A DNA stretch of 63,648 bases, filler included, from Fonticula-like sp. SCN 57-25 (Eukaryota), in assembly GCA_001724245.1 (NCBI GenBank). It is 11 parts of 11 records of this genome, joined end to end, with 100 filler letters (N's around TTAATTAATTAA, not from the genome) between each part and the next. Parts side by side here need not be neighbours in the genome. Positions count along the whole stretch, not along the records: positions 10,816 to 16,064 come from MEDX01000729.1; positions 16,165 to 21,403 come from MEDX01000730.1; positions 21,504 to 32,312 come from MEDX01000731.1; 8 more parts are not named here. One strand, 5' to 3'. Of the stretch, positions 11,317-23,458 are shown one piece after another; the stretch's first letter is position 1; each line of letters begins with the position of its first letter. The notes beneath the pieces are model-generated. The model was given only the letters and a program-made list of their open reading frames with translations, ran no database searches and was not told the origin of the DNA. Made by a program: the position numbers and the translations under genes.

Positions 11317-11530
11317 CATTAAACTGTACTGCTGCTGTACTTTACCCATCTTCGCAGAATAACAGGTAGATTATTTGTTTCGCTGGCTACCCTGATTGCT
11401 TTATTGGATTTCAGCACAAAACTGAAACTGTACAACCATAACTGGAAAACATGCAGTTGACCATTTCAGCAAATTTTTTTGGACTGCTGTCAAGTTTTCC
11501 TGAACAACACACTATTTTGAAGCAAATCGA

Positions 11531-12979
11531 ATGGAAGACATTGTATGCCAATTTTGTCACCAGCTATGTGATGATCCAGTGCTTTTGCAATGCAAACATC
11601 CATTCTGTTCCAAATGTCTGCAAGCGCAGTTCTCCTTTGAACTCACACACAAAGCACGTGATAGTGTTGTAGGGATAGTTAAACAAATGAAGAAAATCCA
11701 TCACAAAAAGCGAACAATCCATATTTGCTGTCCTGTTTGCAACGAGAAAACAATTGTAATTTTCTCACAAGGAGATATCAAATTATCAAACAATCAACAA
11801 ATGTCAGCTGTAAACGATGGATTGGGAGAGAAACAACAACAACAACAACAACAGTACATCCCTGATGAAATGTTGCAATGGATGTTCCAGTTTTTGAATG
11901 CAAAGGAATTGTTTATGAAAATTCGTTTTATATGCCAAAGAATTGACAAGATTGTATGCACCTCATTACTCTCTCTTCATTGTCAAGGAATGTGTATAAA
12001 TGGGTTGAAATTTGTACGTGAAATTTTACCAAAGGAAACTCTATTGCAAGAATTGAACTTGATGGCAAATAATATTGGTGATAATGTGATAACAGAAATT
12101 GCATCAATATTTCCATTGATTCATCAATTACAGATTCTGAATCTTTCTTGGAATCAAATTGGAGACACTGGTGCAACTGCAATTGCTAATTCTGTTACAC
12201 ATCTGAAACAGTTACAAATGTTGGATATTTCTTGGAATCCAATTGAAAATCCTAGGATAACTGCAATCTCCAATGCAGCCAAAATATTGACAAAATTACA
12301 AGAATTGAAGATTACTGAGGAATATCATCAAGAAATTCATGAGCAAGTGATAGAAGTGTTAGAGGAGGATGAATCAGGATTGAATTTTCATGATTGTGAT
12401 CTTGACGAAACTTTTGCGATTGCAATGGCAAAATTGTTCCCACAATTGACACAATTACAACAGTTGAACCTGAGTGATAATCGAATTGGAGACACTGGTG
12501 CAATTGCAATTGCCAAAACAATCTCCCATTTGACACGATTACAGGAGTTGTCACTTGATAATAACCAACTTGGGGATGATGGCGTAATTGCAATTGTGAA
12601 TTCAATCACCAATTTGACACAATTACGAGTATTACGGCTTGCGGTAAACCAAATTGGAAACACCTGTGCAATTGCAATTGCCAACTCTATCAGCAATTTG
12701 ACACAATTACAAGGGCTGTATCTTTATAATAACCAATTTGGAGACACTAGTGCAATTGCAATTGCCAGTTCAATCAACAAGTTGACACAATTACAAGAGT
12801 TGTGGCTTCATAGCAACCGAATTGGAGACACTGGGACAATTGCAATCGCCAAAGCAATCCTCAATATGACACAATTACAACAGTTGCACCTTGGTGGTAA
12901 CCAGATTGGATACACTGGTGCAGCTGTACTTGCCAATTTCATCACCAATTTGAAACAGTTACGGTTGTATGACTCTTAG
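11531..12979 (+). CDS. RING finger + F-box-like + RI-type LRR protein
   Basis: C3HC4 RING CQFC..CKHPFCSKC..CPVC; F-box-like IPDEMLQWMFQFL...ICQR; 28-aa LRRs with consensus LTQLQELxLxxNQIGDTGAIAIA. Confidence 0.88.
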   Translation: MEDIVCQFCHQLCDDPVLLQCKHPFCSKCLQAQFSFELTHKARDSVVGIVKQMKKIHHKKRTIHICCPVCNEKTIVIFSQGDIKLSNNQQMSAVNDGLGEKQQQQQQQYIPDEMLQWMFQFLNAKELFMKIRFICQRIDKIVCTSLLSLHCQGMCINGLKFVREILPKETLLQELNLMANNIGDNVITEIASIFPLIHQLQILNLSWNQIGDTGATAIANSVTHLKQLQMLDISWNPIENPRITAISNAAKILTKLQELKITEEYHQEIHEQVIEVLEEDESGLNFHDCDLDETFAIAMAKLFPQLTQLQQLNLSDNRIGDTGAIAIAKTISHLTRLQELSLDNNQLGDDGVIAIVNSITNLTQLRVLRLAVNQIGNTCAIAIANSISNLTQLQGLYLYNNQFGDTSAIAIASSINKLTQLQELWLHSNRIGDTGTIAIAKAILNMTQLQQLHLGGNQIGYTGAAVLANFITNLKQLRLYDS

Positions 12980-13416
12980 TAGTTATGGAAACCTAAGAGT
13001 GAGAGTTGAGTAGAGGAGACAATTTGGGGGGTTGTTTGGAATTTAACAATCTCAATACCAACCCTCAAGCACTTGAAAACAATGGTAGAGCCAATCGATA
13101 GCACAACAACTAGAATCTGGTAGACAAGAACTATAATTCGACGGACTTTGTTCATTCTAATAGCAAATTTTGGTGGAAGACTACATTTATTACCAAAGAA
13201 AACTTTTTCAACAATAAATAATCGCAAACTTACACAAATTTTTTTCTCCAGGCAATGTGTATCACAATTCCCAGTTGAGGAGTGGAAAAACAATAACAAT
13301 GATGAGAGATCCAACAACACAAGTGACATCTAAAAAGAATAACTCATGCGAGAGACCTACAAAAAAAAACCTCCTCTTACAACATTGGACAACCGGTGCT
13401 ACACTTGTTGTGCAGA

Positions 13417-16064
13417 ATGAAGCGCTACGCAAACCTCAACATCAACAAGCGTGGTGACAATAACCAGCCATCTGCCTCCGAGGAGAAGAAGAAGCCACTA
13501 GATCTCCGCGTTCTATGCGGATTACCGCCCAGCCTCCTCGCCTCATCCTCATCCACCTGCTTGGATCACAAGAGTTTGCGCAGCAGCCGCAGCCGAAACG
13601 CGTGCTGTTTCGACGCGCAGCACGGGACCGTGTGCGTGCTCATGGACAAGATTGCAACGGTAATCGATGTGCAAGCCGGAAAGCTGCTGCGGCAATTCGA
13701 GGTACCGCAATCCGGGCATCGCGTGTTCGTCGCGTTTGTGAGTCTCCAGTCGCGACCCAACTCGGCGCCCTCTCTGCTCGCGCTCACCGCGGAGGGCTTC
13801 TACCGTCTGTGGCTCGCTGACAATGCACCCCCGTACGAGGGCCATCTGGGACCAGCTATTGCCCAGCAACAGATTCAGCACATGGTTAGTGGTGGTGGTA
13901 GTGGTAGTACCTGCACTGTTCTCGTAGCGACACGGGATGGAAAGCTCTTTGTGGTTAGGTTTGAACCGGAAGGACATGCAATTGTGACAGCGTTGCAGAT
14001 GGCAACTTATGATGGATTCTTTGCATGGATAACTGGAAGACAGACTGGTTCTGGTTCTAATACTACTGGTCATCTTGTTGCTCTGAGGCAAACTGTCAAA
14101 TTGGAGTCGCAAGATAATAATAATGTGCTGCAGTTGCAAGATAATGTGTTGGAATCACGAATTAGTAATGGACTGGGGTCGCGAGTTACTACTGGAATAC
14201 CAGTGTTTGCTTTTGCACTCACCGAAGAATCACTGATCTGCATCTCTACGGAGACGAGGAAGCCTGTCTCAGTGTACTCAGTGCGCACTTTGATTCGCGA
14301 GAGACTTGCTGAACATGTGCAACACGAAATGTACACTCAGCTGCTAGATTTTGAGTTCCTACCGGGACTGAGCCACAGTCGTCGTGTTGCAATTCTAACA
14401 GCCAGTGTTCCAGCGAATGCAAGGGGTGACAATGACACTGCTGTGCAACTGGACTCGAGTGCACCAGATCTTGATACAAATATTGCAGTGGTGTTGTACC
14501 AGTTATTTGTTCTTGTGCTCACAGAGGGATCCAATCAATGCACATTGCAGAAAGTGGTCACTATTGATTGGAAACCGGATTACTGGAGACATGAGGAAGG
14601 TAGCTACTTTTCCAACGTCAAAATACTGTCACTGCGCGATGACAAGTTTTACATTGGTTTGTTGAATCTTTCATGGCTAATGGAGGGCAGTTTCTTCAAC
14701 CAGAGCACCAACCTCTTCTCTATTCCAGGTCTCTTGGGTGGCTGCTACCTTGGTGGCCTCAAATCTCCCGTATTCGTGAGCAGCAAGGATGGTATCCTTA
14801 CGAATGCCATCGGTGTTGAGAGGAGTGCTGTTCTGGCACCCATGGTTCGCTCTTCACTGCAACTGGAACAGGAAGCGAAGAGTGCTACGGCAAATATGCT
14901 ATACAGAAAGTTCAACTTGTTCGCATCGCAAGAGCGCCAAGTAGCAGAATCAGCTGTCAGGGCGAGCGCAACAGTAGCATCAGGCACAGTTTCCCCACAT
15001 GATATTGTGCAAGTTTCTCAATGGATTGTAGACAAGAAACCAATGCTTGCGTCAGTATGGATGGACGAGTCTTTGCTTGATTGGCATACAGCTGACAAGG
15101 AAGTAACACAAATATCACAGGAACCTCAGAAAATGCGTGGGCTACAGTTATCACAAAGACAACAACTATCACAAGGATTGCAACAGGAAGTGCAAATGTC
15201 ACAAACTCAACCACAACTTGTCTTCTCCTCCACTGTCTCTTTGCTAATCTTGGAAGAGTTGGACAAGAAGACTGACTTACACGACAAGTATATCAAATTT
15301 TTGGACTCACAACACTTGTGGATCTCATCTGAAACATGGCGTGTATTGGAACATGGAGAAAAAATTGCAATGTGTCGTGCTGTGCGATCGATTCAACCGA
15401 GTAAACAATGGTGCATTGGTGGTACCAATATTCTCCATGATGCCGTACTCAACTGCTGTATCGACCGCAATTATAGCAATGATCGAATCACAGCAGAATA
15501 TTTCTTCAGCCATACATCTCGCATCGAAGATCTCCTCTTCAAGCTTCACAATCAATTTGGGAACCAATTTGAAAGTAATGACAAGCTCCAGTATTGCCAA
15601 TCATTCAATAAGCTAATTGCTTCCTGTACACAGGCTCTCTTTAGTTACCGCACTTCCAACGCAAAACGGTATCCCCCAGTACTGGGCAGCAATGATATGG
15701 ACACTCGCAGTCCCCACGAGTACCAGCCATGGACCAGCAATACCAAACTCATTTTCTTACTCTACAATCAACTACAGACTACAAAATCTGTGATTACAGA
15801 ACACATGGACAAACAAGCATTATCAAGTATGCTTGAAGATGTGTTTACGATAACCCATTTCCTGTCCCAATGTATGATTGGTGATGTTACAGTGAGCACA
15901 GAAACCATTCACTCTTACACTAAATTGGGTGCTTCAATGCTCGAAGGATATGGACGTATTCGCGATGCAGCTTATTTATCTGAATTTGTTGGAGATTTTG
16001 AGAGTTTAGTGTCACAATTACTCCAATTGTATGGAGATAGCCAGCTCTCAGAGTTTATCCCGTT
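13417..16064 (+). CDS. NUP133: Nucleoporin Nup133-like, 3'-truncated
   Basis: Beta-rich N-terminal half followed by a helical domain with SLLILEELDKK..H..YIKFL, EHGEKIA, FFSHTSRI and AAYLSEFVGDFESLV, recalled as Nup133-conserved blocks. Start codon uncertain. Confidence 0.7.
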
Positions 16065-17905
16065 NNNNNNNNNNNNNNNNNNNNNNNNNNNNNNNNNNNN
16101 NNNNNNNNTTAATTAATTAANNNNNNNNNNNNNNNNNNNNNNNNNNNNNNNNNNNNNNNNNNNNGGCGACCTGATGGCGGCAATCGGTGCCGATCGCCAC
16201 TCTGAAACAGTAGAAGCTTGAAAAATAGCGCAAAAGAGAGCGAGCGACAGTGGCCAGCCAGCGTGGTCTTTTGGCAAAATTTCACAGCGCAAATGACGGA
16301 GCGATGCGCAAGACCAGTCGCCGTCGATTGTGACAAATCACCTGAAATCGGCGATCGCCACTCTACCGCCAAAAGCACCAAAAAAGCTGCGCTAAAACTG
16401 AAACAAAATTCAGGAAAGGCGCGTGCCCTTTGCAAAAGCAGCGAGCGTCAGCAACATATTCAGTTTCAGTTGAACCGAGGGGATGCGAGGCCGAGCAACA
16501 CAACGACAGGATTGGGAAAATCGTGTGGGGATCTAGACACTGGCTACCGCTGCGCACCTTGTCGCTTTCCAGCGCCCGCTCGCACTGCTCGCTCTCGCTA
16601 TTAAACTCGCGAATTAAAAAGGCGTGCTTTTGGTCTCGGCCAGATGCGCATCGCCAGCTCAAAAGAGACAAACCGGGATCGTGAGAAGTGCCTGTTTGAA
16701 GTGGCGCGTGTCAGAAGAGGGGCCAAACAGTTGAGCAAAAAAAAAATTGGGATGGCCGAAAAAAAAGCAAAAAATGGCCATGCTGACCAGCGCGAGCGGA
16801 GCGCCGGCGCAGCGCAGTGGACACACAATCAGTTAATCGTGCATAAACAGTCACAACAGTGAAACACCCCCGACAGCAGCTACAACTAGATTTGACAAGG
16901 GGGTAATTTCCGAATGGGGTATGCAACACTGCGCGATCCCCGCGATGGGGATCGGTGTGCGCAGTCGGGTGCCAACGCAGGTGACCTTAGAGCAACGAGT
17001 CACCCCCAGACAATACCAAAAACACTTTGCCGCCACGTTTCACATGCCATGGAAGCAATAGATCCCGGGGGCGCGTCGGGTCACAGACATCGTCAACCAC
17101 CTGCCAAAAAAGGCAGCGTGTTGCGCGCCTCACCCGACGCGGCCCCCGACGCCTGCGCGCCACCCTGACCCTAGCCGCAGGTCACGCGCAGCATCATCCC
17201 GACACTCGGGCATCCCCAAACATCCCAGACTGCCCGACATCGCCATGATCCCCACACAACATCCATCACATGGCAGCGAGTGCGGAAAAAAAGCGCTCAT
17301 TAAATAACCCTTTGACGTACCTCGCGTGCGCAGTCGTGTTAAGGAAAGGCGGCGAGGCGGTGCGCCGAGGCTGAAAAGGCGCGCCGGCGTGGTCAGGGCA
17401 AAGGGAAAGGCGGCCAAAGGGAAAGGCGGCCAAATGCAATGGTGACCGCGCTACTGATTATAGTAATAGGACTTTTCTATACGGTTGCACGTGGCCGTGA
17501 AGCGGGGATGAACTGCGCTGATGCGGCTGGCGGGCTGCAATGTGATGTTGCGCTGTCTGAGCAGAGAAAATGTGCAGGCGCACAGTGAAAAGTCAAGTGA
17601 CACGTTGTACGTTGTATACAATTCTTTATTGATGATTCAAAGGAAACCAAAAAGTAAGCAGAAACATGTTTCAGACTGTGTTGCCATCGCGCGGTCGATT
17701 CCAAAGTCCACGTCACTGCATGACCGACGCAGACGCGGGCGACGTTGCCCGCGCGACAAACTTTTTTTGTACTTTAGGCCCAAAGCGGATGCGGCCGTCC
17801 GGATCGGGCCCAGCTGAGCAACTGGCGGCCAGCAGAACAGGTGGCATACCCCAGACTCTACCCCGGATTTGACAGGTGATCGCCTTCGGCGAGCAGGCGC
17901 CGAGG

Positions 17906-19229
17906 ATGGGGTTCATTGGGCAGCGCGCGGCGGCGCTCGCGCTTCTCGCGGTCTTTGGCAACGCGTTTGTGTACTTTGATAGGGACCCTCTGCAGCGCTC
18001 CGGGCCGCAGAGCGTTGACCAGTTGTCCGCGCCCCTGATTGAGTGGGCATCCCAAGGCGAGTACATAAATGTGACGGGCGGCCGCATGTGGACGCGCATG
18101 GTGAAGCGATCGGGCAGCGAGCCCGCGGCGTCGGCCATAGCGCTCATCCACGGATTTCCTTCCAGCAGCCACGACTTTCACCGCGTCATCCCTCACCTGT
18201 CTGAGCGTACGTTCTGCATCATTTCTGTCTTGGGCCTGACTGGGACCAGATGCCGACATTGTCATGTGCGACCACATTGGATTCGGGCTGAGCGACAAGC
18301 CGCTTCACGGCGCCTACTCTATCGCCGAGTACGCCGACAACGTCCTTGCCACATGGCGCCACTACGGCATCAAGCAAGGTGCGCTTTATTTCTGTGATTC
18401 GCATGGCTCATTTCTACACAGCGCATCTTGTTGCCCACGACATGGGATCGACCGTCGCTTTGGAACTTTTGGCGCGAAAGGAACGCGGCATGCTTCCCGT
18501 ACGCGCCTCTTTCTTGTTGTGTTTTACCGACACTTGTGGCTAGGCCGATGCGCCCGAGATCCTTTCGGTGACGCTCACCAATGGCGGCATCGTCATGGCC
18601 GAATCGCGCCCGCTGCTTTCCCAGCGCATCCTCACTGTACCTTGGGTGCGCCTTTTTTCCTTCATTTTCTTTTCTTACGAACTATTTAGATTGGCCGCGT
18701 GTTTAACAATGCCGCGAGCACGTTGGACAGCGGCCTTTCAATGATGAAGCGACAGCTGCGCGGCCTCTGGGGACAAACTGACGTAATCAAATTTACCTTT
18801 TTTTGCTTCTCTGACGATCATGCGTAGATGCCTTCAGTCGATGCCGACATTGACGAAATGGTCGCTCTACACGTACGTACACATTAAAATTGACATACTT
18901 TTACTCATACTTAACAGAGTTTGAATGGCGGAAATGACATTATGTACCGTCTAATTTCGTACATTTCCGAGCGTCGTTCCATTGAGCCGCGCTGGCATCA
19001 GAGCCTTGTGAGGCTACAGGACTCCTCCCAGGCCGTGCGCTGCCATCTGGTGTGGGGCACGGCGGACCGCGTGGCGCCGCCGGCCATCGCGACGGCGCTC
19101 GCTGACATGCTGCGCGGCGCGAAAGAGGGGTGCGAGGTGCGCTTCATGGAGGGCGTCGGGCATTTCGGCATGCTCGAGGCGGATGGCGATTGGGCGAGGC
19201 AGATTTCGAGCTTTATTCAGAAAAAATAG
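17906..19229 (+). CDS. Alpha/beta hydrolase, MEST-like, many short introns
   Basis: N-terminal hydrophobic anchor; IHGFPSSSHDF, DHIGFGLSDKP, nucleophile AHDMG, LTNGG, WGTAD and GVGHF. Confidence 0.85.
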
Positions 19230-19283
19230 TAATTGTACAGTTAAAACATGTATACGTCGATTAATAGGCATAAATATTGTGGT

Positions 19284-19728
19284 TTATGGAAGGCGGCGGC
19301 CATAGGAAGCCATTATTGTGTCCAGTGCTACGGCATCATCAGCATCATCATCGGCAACAGCATCATCGCGTACCAACTTTGCCAAACTGGCGGCCCATCG
19401 ACATGGCGATCAGCGGCACGAGAACGTAGAGCGACTTGTACAACGTGTTCCTTAGCTGCTCCTGATACATTTCCTCTTCGTCGTACTCGTCCATCTCGGA
19501 GTCGTCCGTGTCATCATCGCTCGACACATCCTCGTGAATGTACCCGTCCACCTCGTACGACACTGTTTGCCGCTCGATGCGGACGCGCCCATCAGCCGCT
19601 TCAACTCGCCTCTCAACCGAAGCCATGCCAAAGCTCGCAATGTTTACCACAGAGTCCGCCTCGGGCGACTGCGAAAAGTCGGCATCTTGCCGCGCGATCG
19701 CCGCCGATCCCGCTGATCCCGCGGGCAT
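19284..19728 (-). CDS. Small acidic single-pass membrane protein, possibly Mim2-like, 2 exons
   Basis: ATG 19728; acidic run SDDDTDDSEMDEYDEEE, then a hydrophobic segment SLYVLVPLIAMSMGRQFGKV. A GTACGC...CCGTAG intron gives the C-terminus ALDTIMASYGRRLP*. Confidence 0.55.
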
Positions 19729-19779
19729 GGCGTGTTGATCGATCAAAGTGCAAACCAGTTTGCATCTATCCACGTGGCG

Positions 19780-21038
19780 ATGGCGAAGCGCGGCCACGAT
19801 GCGGGGGATGCCGCCGAGGGGGCGGCGGTCGCGGCGGCGAGCGGTGCAGCGGCTGCCGAAGCCGCGCCGCGGGCAAACAAGCGCGCGCGCGTCGAGCCCG
19901 CCGCTTCAGTTCCAGTAAAGCGCAAGACGGCATCGGTCGTCATCTCTAGCAACTGGAAGCGGTTACAAGCGGTGCGCATCCCGATGCCTCTGGCCACGGT
20001 GAATCACTGAAGCGCTGATCTTTTGCTCGCCTATTAGAAGCTCAAGCCGACGTCTTCCGGAACGAAATCGTCCATCAAGATCCAGGAAAAGTGCGCAATT
20101 ACCTTGATTATTCCATTGCTGATGCCTTTCTTTAAAGGTCGTCGGCGATGTGGTTTGACAATGTTGACCCTGCCGTCCTCAAGGCGAGCCAGCTCGCCGG
20201 CCTCGGCAAGTCGGCCGCCGCCGCACAGGCCGCAGCCGCCGCCTCCGAAAAGCCCATGGGCAAGCTCGAGCTTCCGCGCGGCAGTGCCGTGTACGCATCA
20301 TCCCCATGATCATGGCCCCTGTTTGCTGACCGCCATCCCCTTTCAGTGCCGGCAAGTACGTCGCCCTCGACTGCGAAATGGTCGGCATTGAAGGCAACGA
20401 AAGCGCGCTCGCCCGCGTGGCCGTCGTCAATTTTAACGGCCACGTGCTTCTGGACACCTTTGTCAAGCCGGTCGAAAAGGTGATCGACTACCGCACCCAA
20501 TGGAGCGGTGTCCGCCCACAAGACCTCATCAATGGTACGTTTTTTTCATGCCACGTGGTCAAAATACTCACCACGCAAACTGCAAACTTCATTTTATGCC
20601 CCTTTTCTTTCATTTTCCTTTACAGCGACGCCGTTCAAAGATGCTCAAACCGCCGTCAGCGACCTCATCAACAACCGCATTCTCGTCGGCCACGCGCTCA
20701 AAAACGACCTTCGCGTGCTAATGCTGACTCATCCTCGCCGTCTCATTCGCGACACTTCTTCCTACAAGCCCTTTCGAAAGCTCTATAATGGGCGGACGCC
20801 CGGCCTCAAGAACCTCGCGCGCGACGTGCTCCAGGCCGAAATCCAGACAGGCGAACATAGTCCAGTACGCATGCAAACTGCAAACTAGTTTGCATATTGA
20901 CACATATTGACTCTGTTGTAGGCTGAGGATGCGCACGCGTCGCTGCTGCTGTACAAAAAGGTGCGCGACGAGTGGGAGGAGGCCGAAAGGGCGAGGTGGT
21001 CAAAGCAGGAACGCGCGGGAAAAAAGGAGAAAAAGTGA
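19780..21038 (+). CDS. REX4: RNA exonuclease 4 (DEDDh), multi-exon
   Basis: [46 protein letters not shown] and HSP|AEDA. Confidence 0.93.
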
Positions 21039-21503
21039 TCGGGATCGGTGGTGGATCGGGATCGGTGATGGTGCTTTTGAGTCTGTTTATACGTGATTGT
21101 CTGTAATTATCAATACAACACTTGAGGTGCAAAAAGTTTCTTTTTATGGACGATAAACATAGTAAAGTTATGTCGATTTGCTATATTAGTAAAAAAAAAT
21201 CATATCAAAATACGGCATTTTTTGGCACTTTGACACACTAGTTCATATCAATCCGCCATATTAGCCATAAAATCCTCATCAAAATACATGCGTATCATAT
21301 CGAGTCATAAGAAATACTGTACACGTCATCACTTTTTCTATCCCAAAACGGCCATCTCGAATGCCTGCTGCTCCTGCTCCGCCGTCATATTCACTGTACT
21401 ATCNNNNNNNNNNNNNNNNNNNNNNNNNNNNNNNNNNNNNNNNNNNNTTAATTAATTAANNNNNNNNNNNNNNNNNNNNNNNNNNNNNNNNNNNNNNNNN
21501 NNN

Positions 21504-23230
21504 GACCCCGGGGACTCGGACACCGTGGACTCAGACTTCGGGGACTTGGGATCTGGGGACTCAGACTCTGGGGACTTGGACTCCGGGCACTCAAACTCCG
21601 AGGACTCAGACTCAAGTAACGATTCGAGTAAGCGCAGGTTAGCATCATCACGGAGCTCTTGGTTGCATTGCTCAATGTCCCTTTCACGTTCCAAATATGA
21701 TACGTAATCGGGCATGGCGTTTGCAACAGCTTGCACCTGTTTCGCAAGATGACTACCGGAAAGGGACGGTGAGGAGTGCGTGTTCAACAGAGAAGTCAGG
21801 TCTGCCGCAAGGGCGGCCCTGTGGTGATTCGAACTGATTTGCTCCAACGAAAACCCATCAAAAAGAAAAACAGAGTCACAAAGAATGGACCATTCTGCGA
21901 GGCGCACAACGAGACCGCGTAGTGCAGTGCATAGAATGTCACATGTCGGTGCCACCCGGTGGCTTCCTGATTGAGCAGGTGGAGGGTCGTACATAAGCTG
22001 AACGGCTTGAACAACGTTCGTCTCAAGCAGGAAAGCCGCGAAATTTTGAGATAGTAGGTCGTCGCGAGGATGCTGGCGACATAGTACTATTGTCATTTCC
22101 ATTAGAAGACGAGCTACTTCCACGGCTAAAACGAGGTGTCGGTGGGTGTCTGTAGGCGGATGTCTATGCAACAGACGTTGAATGTTGTGAGTCTCACTCT
22201 CCGCGCCCATAATATAGCCGACGAGCTTGGAATTGAAACTGGCGGACAGTGCATCTGCGGCCCGATTGCCCATGCTCAGCTGCAGCCTCAGCACATTGAG
22301 CACCAGCTTGCATTCCCGAGGGCGGTCCGTTATCATGAACGTCGCCAGGAAGCGCATAGTGTCAGGCGCAAACCTGGCTGGCATCTCGAGACGAAAAACC
22401 GGGAAAGGAAATTGCGCAGTCGAGCAAACTTCACTAATATGGTCACCCTCCGTCACGCCTCCCGCCGTTGTTGAGCAGACTTCATGAAGGAATTGCTCAA
22501 AATGCTCTAATACGACTACGAATTCGGAATCCACCACGTCGCGGCTTCCGGAATTTGTAGAACCCGTGGCTACGAAATACGATAATACCGCAATGAAATC
22601 GACGAGCTGCCTACCAACTGCCACGCGCAAATCCTCTTCCCAGGGGCGCGGCTGGGCAAAAGTGTACAGGAGCCGGACCACGTCGCCGACTTGCGGCATG
22701 GGAGATCCATCGTTGCGTTGGATATGATGTGAGCGCGCAAGTAACGGAAGGATAAATCTGCCAAGCAATGGCTTCTGGTTCGCGACGACGAATTTGGCAG
22801 CAGCAGCGCGCGTCTGGTCGTCGCGAGGCTCGCGAGAGAAGACATAGCCAAGAATAAAAGACGCGCACAGGCCGAGTAGGGGGTCGACCGGCGCGTGTTC
22901 GTCCTGCAAATAATGTGGCGCCATGGCCCGCTTGCGTAGCTCTTGAAATAACCGCGCGTGCGACCGGATTGACCCAGTGCCGGTCTGTTCAACAAGGTTC
23001 ACGAGGCCTAGGGTGACAAGAACGATGTCTCCTCCACCGTAGCACTGGTCCGTGTTGGCGGTGTTGCCACTGTTGCCCATGGCCCCCCAATTTGAATCCT
23101 GGGGTTGTTTCAGAAGTTGACGAAACAGTTCCTCACGATCGGCATTATGCCTGCTTTGTATATCCGCTTCCAAAACGGAGCGTCGCTCGAGCAGCTGCCC
23201 TTTCTTGTTCGACGACGCTGCCATGGTCAT
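21504..23230 (-). CDS. Hypothetical helical protein with Ser/Glu/Pro-repeat tail, 3'-truncated
   Basis: About 575 uninterrupted codons with amphipathic-helix character; the tail ESKSPESESPDPKSP is encoded by 15-bp degenerate repeats; no recognisable motif. Confidence 0.6.
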
Positions 23231-23458
23231 TGGTCTCAGGCTCTCAGCGTGATGTTTGCAGCTCCTTCCGTCAGCCGTGACCACGGTGACCTCGCCGTGG
23301 ATGATATCGTGAAAATCGTCGTGCGTTCGAATCCCTCAAAAGCACTGGCACTTTTGATTGGATGGCATCACACTGGTCGTTTATGTCTGCCTGACTGCCT
23401 CTTTGTTTTCCTCGCAGTTTCCTCGTCTGTTCCTCGTCCCGCTTGCAAAAGTTGCAAA

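Noticed and set aside
17004-17017. 14-mer CCCCAGACAATACC shared with 29920-29933
   Set aside because: Matches of this length are expected by chance in 64 kb, and the flanks do not align.
21338-21403. Possible 3' end of a minus-strand gene (…MTAEQEQQAFEMAVLG*)
   Set aside because: Too short to support a call.
23105-23458. Long N-terminal extension of the vWA ORF overlapping the opposite gene
   Set aside because: It starts at TTG and contains an intron-like segment (~23376-23417); ATG 23459 is more plausible.
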